From positions 1-56,785 of the forward strand of contig JBLIHL010000001.1 in assembly GCA_047635895.1 (NCBI GenBank): a stretch of DNA of 56,785 nt. Direction: 5' to 3'. Made by a program: the position numbers and the translations under genes. Of the stretch, positions 1 to 10,541 are shown in pieces; within the stretch, counting starts at the first letter, position 1, and each line of letters opens with the position of its first letter. The notes below the pieces were generated by a model. The model worked only from the letters and a program-made list of their open reading frames with translations. It ran no database searches and was not told where the DNA came from. This DNA is from Paracoccaceae bacterium (GTDB lineage Bacteria; Planctomycetota; UBA1135; GCA-002686595).

Positions 1-1704
1 AACCCCGGCTTCACGCCGGCCCAGGTGCGCGCGCAGCTGACGTCGACCTGTGATGACGTCGTGAACGTCGAGTCGGGCGCGGGCTGGGACCGCTACGCGG
101 GCTACGGCATGGTCAACGCCAACGCGGCGGTCGCCGGCGGCGGCGGTGGCCCCACGCCCCCGACGTACGCGGCGCTCCCCTACGCCACCGGCTTCGAGTC
201 GGGCACGCTCGATGACTCGTGGCGCGTCACCCTCGGCGCCGAGGGTCGCGTCCAGCTCACGACGGCGAACGCGCCCTTCGCGGGCTCGCGTCATCTCCTC
301 ATGGACGACACCACGGGCAACACGACCTATAGCCAGAATGAGGCGGCCCTGCACCTCGACCTCAGCGGTGAGACCCAGGTCGCGCTCAGCTTCCAGTGGA
401 AGGAAATCGGCGACGAGACGCACGCCCAGGACGGCGTGTTCTTCTCCAACAACGGCGGCGGTTCGTACGTCAAGGTGCACAACCTCGACGGCGGGTCCAC
501 CACCAACAATACGTGGCAGGCCATCAATCTCGACCTGGACGCACTCGCGGCGAGCGCGGGCCTCGCGCTCAACGGCACGTTCGTCATCAAATTCCAGCAG
601 TACGACAACTACCCGGTCGCATCGGACGGCTTCGCCTTCGATGAGATCTCGGTGACGCCCAGCGGTGGCGGCGGAGGCGGCGACCCCTACGCAACGCTTC
701 CGTACAGCACCGGCTTCGAGGCCACGTCACTGGACCAGTACTGGGCAACGACGCTCGGAACGGAAGGCCGCATCCTGGTCACGACCGCGAACGGCCCCTT
801 CGCCGGCTCGCGTCACCTGACCATGGACGACACCCTCAACGGCGGTGCGTACAGCCAGAACGAAGCCTGGCTGCGCCTCGACCTCGCGGGTGAGTCCCAG
901 GTCGCGCTCAGCTTCCAATGGAAGGAGTTCGGCGACGAAACGCACAGCCAGGACGGCATCTACGTGTCGGCCAACGGTGGTGCGAGCTTTGCCAAGGTCC
1001 ATGACCTGAACGGCAGCTCGGTCACGAACAGCACGTGGCAGGCCGTCAACCTGGACCTGGACGCGCTGGCAGCTGGCGCGGGCGTGGCCCTCACGGACAC
1101 GTTCGTGGTGAAGTTCCAGCAGTACGACAACTACGGCATCGCGACGGACGGCTTTGCGTTCGACGAGATCTCGGTAACGGCGGGCAGCTCCGGAGGCGGC
1201 AGCCCTGGCTACGCGGACCTGCCGTACTCCACCGGCTTCGACAGCGGCGCGCTCGACGCGTTCTGGCAGGTCGCAGAAGGGGTCGAGGGCCGCATCCTGG
1301 TCACGACCGCGAACGGCCCCCAGGCCGGCTCGCACCACCTCACGATGGACGACTCCGTCAGCGGTGGCTCCTACAGCCAGAACGAGGCGTGGCTCAAGCT
1401 CAACCTCGGAAGCACCTCCCAGGCGACGCTCTCGTTCCGTTGGAAGCACTTCAACGACGAGACGCACACCCAGGACGGCGTGTTCCTCTCGAGCAACGGC
1501 GGGGCGACCTTCACCAAGGTCCACAGCCTGAACGGCGGCTCGACCGCCTCGGGCGCGTGGCAGACGGTGACGCTCGACCTGGACCAGCTGGCCGCCACTG
1601 GCGGCGTCGCGCTGACGGGCACCTTCGTCGTCAAGTTCCAGCAGTACGACAACTACCCCATCGGCTCGGACGGCTTCGCCATCGATACGGTGACGGTGGA
1701 CTGA
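1..1704 (+). CDS. 5'-truncated S8 (subtilisin-like) peptidase C-terminus followed by three tandem ~165-aa beta-sandwich (MAM/CBM-like) domains
   Basis: Frame open from base 1: NPGFTPAQVRAQLTST...GWDRYAGYGMVNANAAV is a typical S8 C-terminal signature. Three repeats LPY.TGF...W...EGR...HL.MDD...NEA.L.L.L...DETH.QDG...KFQQYDNY...DGFA.D are joined by Gly-rich linkers. Confidence 0.8.
   Translation, partial: NPGFTPAQVRAQLTSTCDDVVNVESGAGWDRYAGYGMVNANAAVAGGGGGPTPPTYAALPYATGFESGTLDDSWRVTLGAEGRVQLTTANAPFAGSRHLLMDDTTGNTTYSQNEAALHLDLSGETQVALSFQWKEIGDETHAQDGVFFSNNGGGSYVKVHNLDGGSTTNNTWQAINLDLDALAASAGLALNGTFVIKFQQYDNYPVASDGFAFDEISVTPSGGGGGGDPYATLPYSTGFEATSLDQYWATTLGTEGRILVTTANGPFAGSRHLTMDDTLNGGAYSQNEAWLRLDLAGESQVALSFQWKEFGDETHSQDGIYVSANGGASFAKVHDLNGSSVTNSTWQAVNLDLDALAAGAGVALTDTFVVKFQQYDNYGIATDGFAFDEISVTAGSSGGGSPGYADLPYSTGFDSGALDAFWQVAEGVEGRILVTTANGPQAGSHHLTMDDSVSGGSYSQNEAWLKLNLGSTSQATLSFRWKHFNDETHTQDGVFLSSNGGATFTKVHSLNGGSTASGAWQTVTLDLDQLAATGGVALTGTFVVKFQQYDNYPIGSDGFAIDTVTVD
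166..1701 (+). repeat. Three intragenic ~500-bp direct repeats (~166-660, ~688-1182, ~1210-1701)
   Basis: Near-identical protein and DNA segments, e.g. aa(a/g)ttccagcagtacgacaactac in all three copies. Confidence 0.9.
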
Positions 1705-1739
1705 CTCCTGGAAGGGGCCACTGACGCCAAGTCCCTTCG

Positions 1740-1784
1740 GGCGGGGCCGCGACGCGCACCAGGCGCCTCGCGGCCCCGCCTTTT
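1740..1784 (+). terminator. Intrinsic terminator
   Basis: GGCGGGGCCGCGA-N15-TCGCGGCCCCGCC perfect 13-bp stem followed by TTTT, just after the stop at 1704. Confidence 0.75.
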
Positions 1785-1881
1785 CTCCATAAGCCGTCTT
1801 GGAAGCGCCAATGCCCACCTGCTCCCCCCCAGAGCCCACCCAGCGCATCCGCAGGAGCCTGGCCCGCGAATCCCCATTACT

Positions 1882-2058
1882 ATGTTTGGATTCAAGTCAA
1901 AAGACCCGCTCGAACGGCTCCGTAAGGAATACAAGGCCTGCATGGCCGCAGCCATCGAGCTGCAGCGCAGCGGAGATATCCGCGGCTTCGCCGCCAAGAC
2001 CGAAGAGGCCGGCAAGCTCGAGAAGCAGCTCGACGAGGCCGAGAAAAAGCAGACTTGA
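1882..2058 (+). CDS. Small helical protein (58 aa), DUF6435/Lacal_2735-like; absent from the ORF track
   Basis: Manual translation MFGFKSKDPLERLRKEYKACMAAAIELQRSGDIRGFAAKTEEAGKLEKQLDEAEKKQT*; host-like codon usage; MFG..K.DP and QR.GDIR pattern recalled for this family. Confidence 0.7.
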   Translation: MFGFKSKDPLERLRKEYKACMAAAIELQRSGDIRGFAAKTEEAGKLEKQLDEAEKKQT

Positions 2059-2107
2059 CGCCCGGCGCCCTGATCGAATCGCTGCTCCGCTTCGATAAGG
2101 TAGAACG

Positions 2108-2611
2108 ATGCAAGGAGCAGACATTCTGGCCCGCTGGGAGAGAGCGAAGGGTTCGACCCTGAAGCGCGCGTTGTTCAGCAAGGCCCTGGGCCTCGCGGTC
2201 CCCTACTCGGGCACCATCCGGCCCCAGATCCTTGAGTTGGAGGCGGGCCGCTGCAAGGTAGCGATGCGTGACCGCCGCCGCGTCCGCAACCACCTGCGCT
2301 CGATCCACGCGATCGCGCTCGTGAACCTTGGGGAGATCTCGAGCGGCCTGGCCCTCCTGACGGGCCTGCCCCCGGACGCCCGAGGGATCGTCAAGGGCCT
2401 CTCCATCGAGTATCTCAAGAAGGCCCGCGGCACGCTCATCGCCCACTGCGAGGCCGATATCCCGCCCGACAACGCCGAGCGCGACGTCACGGTCACCGCG
2501 CACATCATGGACGCGGGCGGCGACGAGGTCGCCACGGTCCAGGTGAACTGGCGCGTGGGCCCTGTCCCGATCAAGGGCGACAAGGCCGCCAAGACCGGAG
2601 CCCCCTCGTGA
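2108..2611 (+). CDS. Hotdog-fold thioesterase (DUF4442/PaaI-like)
   Basis: VPYSGTI, RNHLRSIHAIAL.NLGE, IEYLKKARGT motifs. Confidence 0.85.
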   Translation: MQGADILARWERAKGSTLKRALFSKALGLAVPYSGTIRPQILELEAGRCKVAMRDRRRVRNHLRSIHAIALVNLGEISSGLALLTGLPPDARGIVKGLSIEYLKKARGTLIAHCEADIPPDNAERDVTVTAHIMDAGGDEVATVQVNWRVGPVPIKGDKAAKTGAPS

Positions 2612-3624
2612 GCGAGCACCCCGCCGACGAGTTCTGCCGCCTCACGGGCACGGACGTCCCGCTCATCTGCGGCGCGATGTACCCGTGCAGCAATCCTGAG
2701 TTGGTGGGCGCCGTCGCTGCTGCAGGCGCGATGGCGATCGTCCAGCCTCTCTCCCTCATCTACGTCCACGGCCGCGACTTCCGGACGGGCATCCAGGAGA
2801 TCAAGACCCTGGCAGGCGGCCGCCCCTTCGGCTTCAACGCCATCATCGAGAAGTCGGCGAAGGCGTACGAAAACCGAATGCGCCAGTGGATCGACATCGC
2901 GCTAGAGGAAGGAGTCCGCTTCTTCGTCACGGCCCTCGGCAACCCGGACTGGGTGGTGAAGAAGGTCCACGCGGTGGGAGGCACTGTCTTCCATGACGTC
3001 ACGGAGCTCAAGTGGGCGCAAAAGGCGATGGACGCCGGCGTCGACGGCCTCATCTGCGTGAACGGCCGCGCCGGCGGCCACGCAGGCACCAAGTCGCCCC
3101 AGGAGCTCTTCGACACCCTCTCTCCCCTAGGCCTGCCCCTCGTCGCCGCGGGAGGCGTGGGCGACGAGTCCCGCTACGTCGACACCATGTCGATCGGCTA
3201 CGGAGCGGTCCAGATGGGCACGCGCTTCATCGCCACAAACGAGTGCAAGGTCCACCAGGACTACTGGGACGCGATCCTCAAGGCGGACGAAGCGGACATC
3301 GTCCTCACGGAGCGCCTCTCGGGCGTCCCGGTCTCGGTGATCAACACTCCTTTGGTCCAGAGGGTGGGCACAAAAGCGGGCCCCCTGGCCCGCCGCCTCC
3401 TGAAGGGCCGCAAGACGAAGCACTGGATGCGAACCTTCTACGCCCTGAGATCCCTGCGCCAGCTCAAGCACTCGATCAAGAAAGGCGTCACCTACAACGA
3501 CGTGTGGCAAGCGGGCAAGAGCGTCGGCGGCATCCACGAGGTCGAACCAGCGGCCGAAATCGTGGCGCGATTCGGCGCGTCCTGGAAGGCGGCCCGCAAC
3601 GCTTCAGATTCAGCGCCGACTTGA
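2608..3624 (+). CDS. Nitronate monooxygenase family (FMN-dependent) protein
   Basis: ICGAMYPCSNPELV, AGGHAG, AAGGVG, VQMGTRFIAT.EC, WQAGKSV; GTGA overlap with upstream gene. Confidence 0.9.
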   Translation: MSEHPADEFCRLTGTDVPLICGAMYPCSNPELVGAVAAAGAMAIVQPLSLIYVHGRDFRTGIQEIKTLAGGRPFGFNAIIEKSAKAYENRMRQWIDIALEEGVRFFVTALGNPDWVVKKVHAVGGTVFHDVTELKWAQKAMDAGVDGLICVNGRAGGHAGTKSPQELFDTLSPLGLPLVAAGGVGDESRYVDTMSIGYGAVQMGTRFIATNECKVHQDYWDAILKADEADIVLTERLSGVPVSVINTPLVQRVGTKAGPLARRLLKGRKTKHWMRTFYALRSLRQLKHSIKKGVTYNDVWQAGKSVGGIHEVEPAAEIVARFGASWKAARNASDSAPT

Positions 3625-4208
3625 GCGCCAATGCCCGGTCAACGCGCCTCCCCCAGCTCGCGCTCCCATTACGTATAGAGGGCCAGGAGCACCACCCCTG
3701 GGACTGGCGGCGCCGAACCCTCAAGCCATCCATAGAGAAGATCGCCGTCACCTTCAACCCGGACCAGTCCGTGCTCCTGGCGGTGATAGAGAACTCAAGG
3801 CATCAGATCGAGGAGACCATGCACGCCGACGGCCTCGTCCATGAGGACGCAGACCTCCCGAGGAACGCCATCTGCGCCTGGAAGGAGGCGGACAGCCGCC
3901 CAAGCGACCGCCTCGCCATACAAGCGGGAGTGCTACCGCCTTGGCCTCCGCTCAGAAATGACGCCTTCAGCCTTGAGGCAACAGCAGACCGTTGCTGGTT
4001 CTCAAGGTGATGCAATGCGCCCTCTGAAACGGGGCCGGGTCCGGATCCTCGTCCACCACCAGGCGGCCCGTCATGCACAGGTCGCAGAGGATCGATCCCG
4101 CCTGGCTCCCCCCGGTCCATTTGCAGGACTACCTACTTGGCGCTCCCAGGACCGGCCCGGCATTGATCCCGCTCGCATCGCTGGAGAGCTATCGCCAGAC
4201 TAGCGATC

Positions 4209-5100
4209 ATGACGCGCAGCAAGGGCTGGAGCCCGACCCAGGCAAGCCTCCTGCCGCCCTCCCCGATGGACTAGCTGAAGGAGGATCATCTCATCTATTT
4301 CCTGCTCGACCTGCTCCCGACGCTGGATCTACGCGAGATCAAGGGGGTCATACAGTCAAAGGACGGGCGCGGAACGCGCCCATACAGCGCCCGGATGATG
4401 GTGATCCTCCTCTTGTACGGCTACTGCGTCGGCAAGGTCCCCTCGCGGAAGCTGGAGAAGGCGACCTCCGAGGACGTGGCCTTCCGCGCCCTTTGCGCCG
4501 GAAACCACCCCGACCACAGCGCGATTAGTCTTTTCCGCAAGACGCACCTAAGCGCCCTTGGAGGTCTTTTCCATCAGATCCTGCAGCTCTGCCGAGAGGC
4601 CGGATTGGACAAGCCAGGCCACGTGGCCCTGGACGGCACCGAAACTGAAGGTGAACACCAGCAGGCACAAAGCGAACAGCTACGCCGGCCTTGAGAGAAG
4701 CGAAGAGAAGCCCATGACCGAGATTGACCAGCTTCTCCACCGGGCGGAGGAAGTCGACGCTTCAGAAAATGAGCGTTACGGGAAGGACTGCACTGGCGAC
4801 GAGCTCCCAAAAGAGCTGCAAAGGCAGAGCGATCGGCTGCCAGTGATCCAGAAGGCCAAGGCCACCCTCAAAGCGGACGCAGCGCTAACGAAGGCGCTCG
4901 AGAAGAAGAAGTAGGCCGAGCTGAGCGCAGCGAAGGCTGATCAGCAATGCGCAGGCGATATGCCCGCCCGAGCCAGAGCAGCGAAAGCTACGTCCCTTGA
5001 GAACGAAGCTGCCTATGAAGCCATCGAGCAAGCCACACCGGTTGCAGAAACAGCCGCGGAGCGCGCTGTAGAGCCAAGAAAAACTAAGCTTCTGACGCAC
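4209..5100 (+). pseudogene. IS1182-family transposase pseudogene (3' end approximate)
   Basis: LLPPSPMD*LKEDHLIYF (internal TAG), MMVILLLYGYCVG..SRKLEKA..EDVAFR...PDH..IS.FRK, VALDGT, then frameshifted KLKVNTSRHKANSY; several stops and frameshifts, C-terminal DDE part missing. Confidence 0.85.
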
Positions 5101-5340
5101 CTGGCAAAGAGGCCGCGCACGCCCCAAAAACGGGCTCGTATGAGCCGGCTGAAGATGGGTGCCACTTCTGGCCGGTCGTCTCAAAGAGAGTCCCCATGCT
5201 AGAGTCGCAGACCCCGGACCGAGCCCGCAGCCCAACCGGCCGCAATCGCGAGTCAGCGGCTAACGAATCCCAAGACGGCAATTCGTCCGAAAAATCCCTG
5301 CTCCGCGGCCTTGCGTGAGTCAGTATTCGAGGCCGAGGGC

Positions 5341-6891
5341 ATGACCGACCGCAACCCATCAGACTCCGAGACCAGCTTGCCCCGACCCACGCCCGAATCC
5401 AGCCCTTCCGATCAGGCGCCCGACGCTGTCGATGCCGATGCGAGCTACGGCCGTCGCGCTGGAAGGAGCGCTGGCTGGATCATGACCGGGTACGTGGGTA
5501 CTCAGGTCATACGCCTCGCCAGCAACTTGGTTCTGACGAGGCTCCTGTTCGAGGAGGCCTTCGGTTTGATGGCGCTGATGAACGTGGTGCTCCAAGGGCT
5601 CTACCTCCTCAGCGACGTGGGGCTAGGGCCGAGCATCATCCACAGCCAACGGCGGGACAGCCGATTCACTAACACCGCTTTTTCCATCTCAGTCATTCGC
5701 GGGGTCATCCTGTTCTCGCTGGGCTGGATCTTTGCGGCCCCTCTGGCTGAGTTCTATGACGAGCCACAACTCCGGATGTTCCTGCCGCTCATCGCCCTGA
5801 CCACGCTTTGGTCGGGGGCAGAGTCCATCAACGTCTTCGTCCTGAACCGCGATCTGAATGTGGCTCCCATTCAGATCGTAGCGCTCTTGTCTCAGCTCGC
5901 TGGCGCTGTGGCCATGATCACCTGGGCAGCGATTGAGCCCACGGTATTGGCTCTCGTAGGCGGCGTTCTTGTGACCTCGACCTTCAAGCTCATACTGACT
6001 CACGTCGCCCTTCCCGGTGAGCAGTCTCGCTTCGCCTGGGACAAGTCGGCCGCGCTTGAAATTGTCCGCTACGGACGCTGGATTTTCCTTAGCACGATGC
6101 TGCTATTCACAGCCGAACAGTGCGATCGAGCCATTCTGGGCAAGCTCATCTCGCTTGAAACGCTGGGGGTGTACTCGATTGGCTTGATGATCGCAGCACT
6201 TCCCCTCGCGGGCCTGGCTCCCCTCTCGCGGATGGTCCTATTCCCCTACTTCAGTCGGATGCGGAGCAACGCCGAGGAGTTTGGTAATCTCTTCCGCACC
6301 GCGCGATATCCGATACTCATCCTCGGAGGCTGGGCCTTCACCGGGCTGATCGCCGGCTCTTCCACAGCCGTAGAGATGCTCTACGACGACCGATATCACG
6401 CTGCTGGCTGGATAGCGCAGATCTTGAGCGCTGGGTTCTGGTTCCAACTGATGAGCAGCACCAACGATGCGGCAGCTTGGGGCCGCGGCAAACCGCAGTT
6501 CGCGAGCTTCGCTTCACTCGCCAAACTTGCGGCTATCATCGTCTTTGTCCCGGCGAGCTACGCCATAGGTATGCGGATCGACGAGTCACTCGCGTTCCCC
6601 GGCGTGGTCGTAGGATTCGCGTGCTCTAATATTGCCAGGTACCTCACCGCGGCGGCCATCTGCCGCCCACTCGGTATTCGGGAATGGCGACGGGAATCTG
6701 CCCTCACATTACTAGTCGTTTGCAGCGGGGGCACAGTGGCTTGGCTCGATCACGTTTCCCGGGACCTGATCCCGGCCCACTACGTACGTGCGACGCTGAT
6801 CTTCATCATCATCACAGCGGCCTGGATGCCACTTGGTTGGCCCCTCATCAAGGACCGATTGGCGGCACGCAGAACGCACCGGACTTCCTAG
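5341..6891 (+). CDS. wzx: Oligosaccharide flippase (Wzx/PST family)
   Basis: RLASNLVLTRLLF.EAFGLMAL..SDVGLGPSII, D..ILGKLI..LGVYSI; many TM segments. ATG 5341 preferred over GTG/TTG-type upstream start. Confidence 0.85.
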   Translation: MTDRNPSDSETSLPRPTPESSPSDQAPDAVDADASYGRRAGRSAGWIMTGYVGTQVIRLASNLVLTRLLFEEAFGLMALMNVVLQGLYLLSDVGLGPSIIHSQRRDSRFTNTAFSISVIRGVILFSLGWIFAAPLAEFYDEPQLRMFLPLIALTTLWSGAESINVFVLNRDLNVAPIQIVALLSQLAGAVAMITWAAIEPTVLALVGGVLVTSTFKLILTHVALPGEQSRFAWDKSAALEIVRYGRWIFLSTMLLFTAEQCDRAILGKLISLETLGVYSIGLMIAALPLAGLAPLSRMVLFPYFSRMRSNAEEFGNLFRTARYPILILGGWAFTGLIAGSSTAVEMLYDDRYHAAGWIAQILSAGFWFQLMSSTNDAAAWGRGKPQFASFASLAKLAAIIVFVPASYAIGMRIDESLAFPGVVVGFACSNIARYLTAAAICRPLGIREWRRESALTLLVVCSGGTVAWLDHVSRDLIPAHYVRATLIFIIITAAWMPLGWPLIKDRLAARRTHRTS

Positions 6892-6908
6892 GAGCGTGTC
6901 GCGCATAG
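6887..6908 (+). repeat. CTAG-anchored repeat end CCTAGGAGCGTGTCGCGCATAG
   Basis: Exact 22-bp copy at 56391-56412; variants at 32060, 35757 and inverted at 35896-35915 and 54800-54829. Confidence 0.8.
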
Positions 6909-7015
6909 CTGGCTCCCCAAGGCGCCTGTCGGGCTGTCTTGGCTATTGTCAAATATTCGCCAAAGCTGCTGGTTAGCACGCTGCGCTAGCGAGACCCCTT
7001 ACATTGTGACTACAG

Positions 7016-8650
7016 TTGCGAAGAAACATACTACCCGCGATCGCCTTATCTTTGCTGATTGTGATTTTGGGGATCGGTCTGGATGTTAGTGGCGATTTCT
7101 CGATCAATGATGACTGGGGCTATTCAACGCCTGTCAGGTGGTTGGCTCAGAGCGGCGCCACTGAGCTCACATTCTGGCAGTCGATGCCGCTGTTTACCCA
7201 AATTGCAGCCGGGGCGGCTTGGTCAGCGGCCTTCGGCTTTGACCAAGAAACTCTGCGCTACCTGACTCTGAGCCTCGCTGGCGTCAGTGTTTTGTCCATC
7301 TATGCGCTGGCCCGGATGGCGGGGGTACAGTTGGGGCTGGCGATGATCGTGGCGCTCTTGCCGTTGGCTTCGCCGATTTTCATGACATTGTCCCTGACGT
7401 TCATGACGGACGTACCCGGTATCGCTTGGCTGTTGATGGCCACATGTGCCTTTGCGGCCTCGTTCCGACTGACTGCGCGATCGGCGCAGATAGCTTTCGC
7501 TGTAGGCGCCGTCCTATGCCTCACTGCCGTATTACTGAGGCAGACCAATCTGGGGCTACCGGTCGCGTTAGTTATGGCAGATTTATTTTATAGCAAAGGA
7601 CGTATCTGGCCTGCGATGCGCTCGTTTGTAGTGCTGGGGGCAAGTGTCGCTGTCATCGCGTTGGTCCACAGTCTCCTGACGCTTTATGACGCTGTACCCG
7701 CGACCTATGACGACAAGACCGGCGCAATCTCAGCAGTCTTATCTGATCTGGCATCCCTGAATGCCGGGGTAATCAAGCAACCGATTAAATCGGCACTGCA
7801 TTTCGCGGCATATGCTGGGTTATTCCTACTGCCGTTCGTGCCCGTCCTATGGCGCCACTGGCCACAGTCTAACGGTCGACGGCTGTCACTGGCGATTGCA
7901 CTCTCAACAGCCGTCCTGGTTCTTGCCGCAGGATCTTTAGGCGCTCTCGCTTTGAACGGGATGGTTGGTAACGTTTGGAGCAGCAACGGCGCGGGTCCAC
8001 ACCTGATCGAAGGCCAATATGGCACCGGCGCGGTTTTGCCGCTTGTCGTAACAGCGCTATCATTTGCCATTATTCTCTCCGCGTTGGTTGTCGTGTGGCT
8101 GAGGCGGAAAACAAATGCTGACGGCGTTCAGAGCAGGCCATGCCGGAGTGTGATCGTACTCGTCGGTTTTACCGGAGCCATCTGCTATGCGCCCCACGCT
8201 GTGGCCTATGCCGCCTTATTTGATCGCTATACCCTGACGCCGGCGTTGTTTTTAGCCATCGCTCTAGCCGCTTTGCTGCCCAAGATCGAGACGTCGGGGA
8301 CGATGTTGCTTAGCGGAGCTATCGCAGCAGGGGGTATCCTGTTTTCCGCGGTGCTTGTGCAGGATCATTTTGCTTGGCAACGCGCGCGATACGGGCTGAT
8401 CGATCAGCTGGTGGCAACGCAAAGAATCGATCCCGACATGATCGACGGTGGGTTTGAGCATAATAATCTGGGCCGCGTGCTAAGCGACTTTACTACCGCA
8501 GATCAAGGCATCCTTGTGGATGCCTCTGGACGGCTCTTCTATCTTGCCACCAAGAGTTCCCCTGACGCAGAAACCCTCTTGCAGGTCAGTGTGCCACAGC
8601 TCTGGGGCTGGTCAAGCTTGGAAATTTTTGCATTGCACCGTGGCATGTGA
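7016..8650 (+). CDS. GT-C fold (GT39/ArnT-like) membrane glycosyltransferase
   Basis: N-terminal TM then INDDWGY acidic motif, FMTDVP, LLRQT, FDRY, IDGGFE; polytopic; visibly more AT-rich codon usage. Confidence 0.7.
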   Translation: MRRNILPAIALSLLIVILGIGLDVSGDFSINDDWGYSTPVRWLAQSGATELTFWQSMPLFTQIAAGAAWSAAFGFDQETLRYLTLSLAGVSVLSIYALARMAGVQLGLAMIVALLPLASPIFMTLSLTFMTDVPGIAWLLMATCAFAASFRLTARSAQIAFAVGAVLCLTAVLLRQTNLGLPVALVMADLFYSKGRIWPAMRSFVVLGASVAVIALVHSLLTLYDAVPATYDDKTGAISAVLSDLASLNAGVIKQPIKSALHFAAYAGLFLLPFVPVLWRHWPQSNGRRLSLAIALSTAVLVLAAGSLGALALNGMVGNVWSSNGAGPHLIEGQYGTGAVLPLVVTALSFAIILSALVVVWLRRKTNADGVQSRPCRSVIVLVGFTGAICYAPHAVAYAALFDRYTLTPALFLAIALAALLPKIETSGTMLLSGAIAAGGILFSAVLVQDHFAWQRARYGLIDQLVATQRIDPDMIDGGFEHNNLGRVLSDFTTADQGILVDASGRLFYLATKSSPDAETLLQVSVPQLWGWSSLEIFALHRGM

Positions 8651-8850
8651 GAGCTTGGTGGCCGTCCCTTGCACCCATCCCCCTCAGTGCCCAGAGAGTC
8701 GTGTCTATAATTTTTCAGAGACCGTCTCGCTAGCGCGTCTCAGGCCGCAGCAGCCGCTTTCCGGGCAGCCCGGTAGGCCTTCCACACCAAGTCGTTAGCT
8801 TCCGGATCTCTTGGTACGGCGTCGTCGAGACCATTCCCAGAACCTTGACT

Positions 8851-9515
8851 GTATGCGTCCGGCGGCACGCCGGAGGACCCCATTCCAACGGCGCCTCGAT
8901 CCGGCGATGCTCTAGGCATGGAAATCGAAGACCTTATCGAGGCGCGCCCGTGGGGCCGCCGTCACCAGACTGCTCGGTACGAAGGGCTGATCTGCCTCGC
9001 TGACCAACAGGGCATCTCAGCCACGGAGCTCGCCCGTCGCGCTGGCTGCTTTCTTGGCACGATCTACAACTGGAAGCGGAGGCTCTCGACGATGGGCACC
9101 GACATGCAGGCCACCGACCCGAGGCCACAGGCTCTGGTCCAAGTACGCGCGTTGCCCGACTCCGCGACGCGTTCCGAGCCGGGGCCGTTCGAGCTTCGCC
9201 TCCGACACGGACGATCCGTGATCGTCCCCAGTCGGTTCGACCACCAAGCTCTCGCTACTCTCGTGGAGAGTGCTAGAGCAATACTGAGCTTCGCGGGCCC
9301 ACGCATCTTCCTCGTGGAGAGCCACGTTTGGATCTAACTCGACCACGAAGGCCCTCACGCGTACAACTTCACGGACATGTGGAAGCCGTCGGCGTGAACG
9401 GGACGGATTACTTCCGCGACGTACTTACTCGGATTGACCGAAAGCCGGATCTTGAGGAGCTCCTGCCGTAAGGCTGGAAGTAGTACTTTCCCTAACCCGT
9501 CGTGCGCCGACGTTC
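8851..9515 (+). mobile_element. Internally deleted IS66-family element (tnpA-like ORF 8918-9337, start of tnpB, tail of tnpC)
   Basis: Left end GTATGCGTCCGGCGGCAC resembles IS66 IRL; HTH ORF (SATELARRAG...TIYNWKRRL...FELRL..GRSVIVP..FD..AL..LV); TnpC C-terminus GVN..DYFRDVLTRID...LEELLP*GWK at ~9390-9483. Confidence 0.75.
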
Positions 9516-10197
9516 GGAAGCACTATGATCGTTGATCGGTAGGTCATTCGCTTGCGCGGCGAGCCCCTCTCCAAGTGCCGACAAGGGCGCTGGAGGGACT
9601 CGCGCTAGGTTACAGATCGGCGCCACCGAGCAGATCCAGCGAGTCTTAGCAATCTGGGGACCCTGAGGCTGATTCAGATCCCCCCCCCTGCGGCCTGCAG
9701 CCTGCAGCCTGCGAATTATTTTCCAACGTCCCAGAAGCTACACATCGGCTCGCACGACGGCGAATCAATCTCGCGCGGGCCCCATGAGTGGCGCCCATTC
9801 TGGACACTTCAGACAAATCAAACATAATTATGATCCCGTCGCTGCCCGCGGCTGCAACCTGACCCCTGCCCCCGCGCAGTGCAACGACCCCCGCCCCGTC
9901 GGTTATTCATTTAATTGGCCGGTCTCGCCACTCAGGCTCATCTTGAGCTCGAGCACGGTCCGACTGGCGGGAGTAAGATGGGCCTGAAATCCATGCACTA
10001 GGTGGAGAAAACGCTTGATCTCGCAGACAGATGCTCCGATGCCTGATGACGAGAGTGGTGGGTCTGGCATGAGCGCCGCCTCAGCATTAAGCGGTCATTG
10101 ACTAATCATGCCCGGCGCTGACCTTCCCCGTCCTGCCAAACACCGGCCATGTCCCCGGCACGCCTAGCGCTTGCCACAACAACTGACGTCCCCCAAA

Positions 10198-10460
10198 ATG
10201 ACCCAGTCCCCCACGTCGCTCGTCGCCGAGACATGGGATTCGATCGCCATCGGCACCAGTATCGGTGGGTCGACGGTCGGCCACGACCGAGGGAGTGGCG
10301 TGCTCGATCGAGAGCGCAGGGTTCACGAGCTCGGCATCCTCCACGTCGTCGACGCATCGCTCATCCGTTCGAGCTGTGGAACTAGCCCAAGCCTGACCGT
10401 GGCAGCGAACGCTATCCGCATCGGGGAAGCCATCGATGGAGCCCTTCGGGACAGTCCGCT
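10198..10460 (+). pseudogene. GMC oxidoreductase C-terminal fragment
   Basis: GVLDRERRVHELGILHVVDASLIRSSCGTSPSLTVAANAIRIGEAI matches the GMC_oxred_C pattern; no N-terminal FAD domain. Confidence 0.65.
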
Positions 10461-10541
10461 GAACGATTGGCAGCCCGCCTTCTCGATGAGCGCAACCCCC
10501 ACACCACTCCTCCCTGCCCGCGACGACTCGCACGGAATCTC

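Noticed and set aside
3625-4200. Open frame IEKIAVTFNPDQSVLLAVIE... downstream of the nitronate monooxygenase gene
   Set aside because: Coding-like codons but no clear start or recognisable family; left unassigned.
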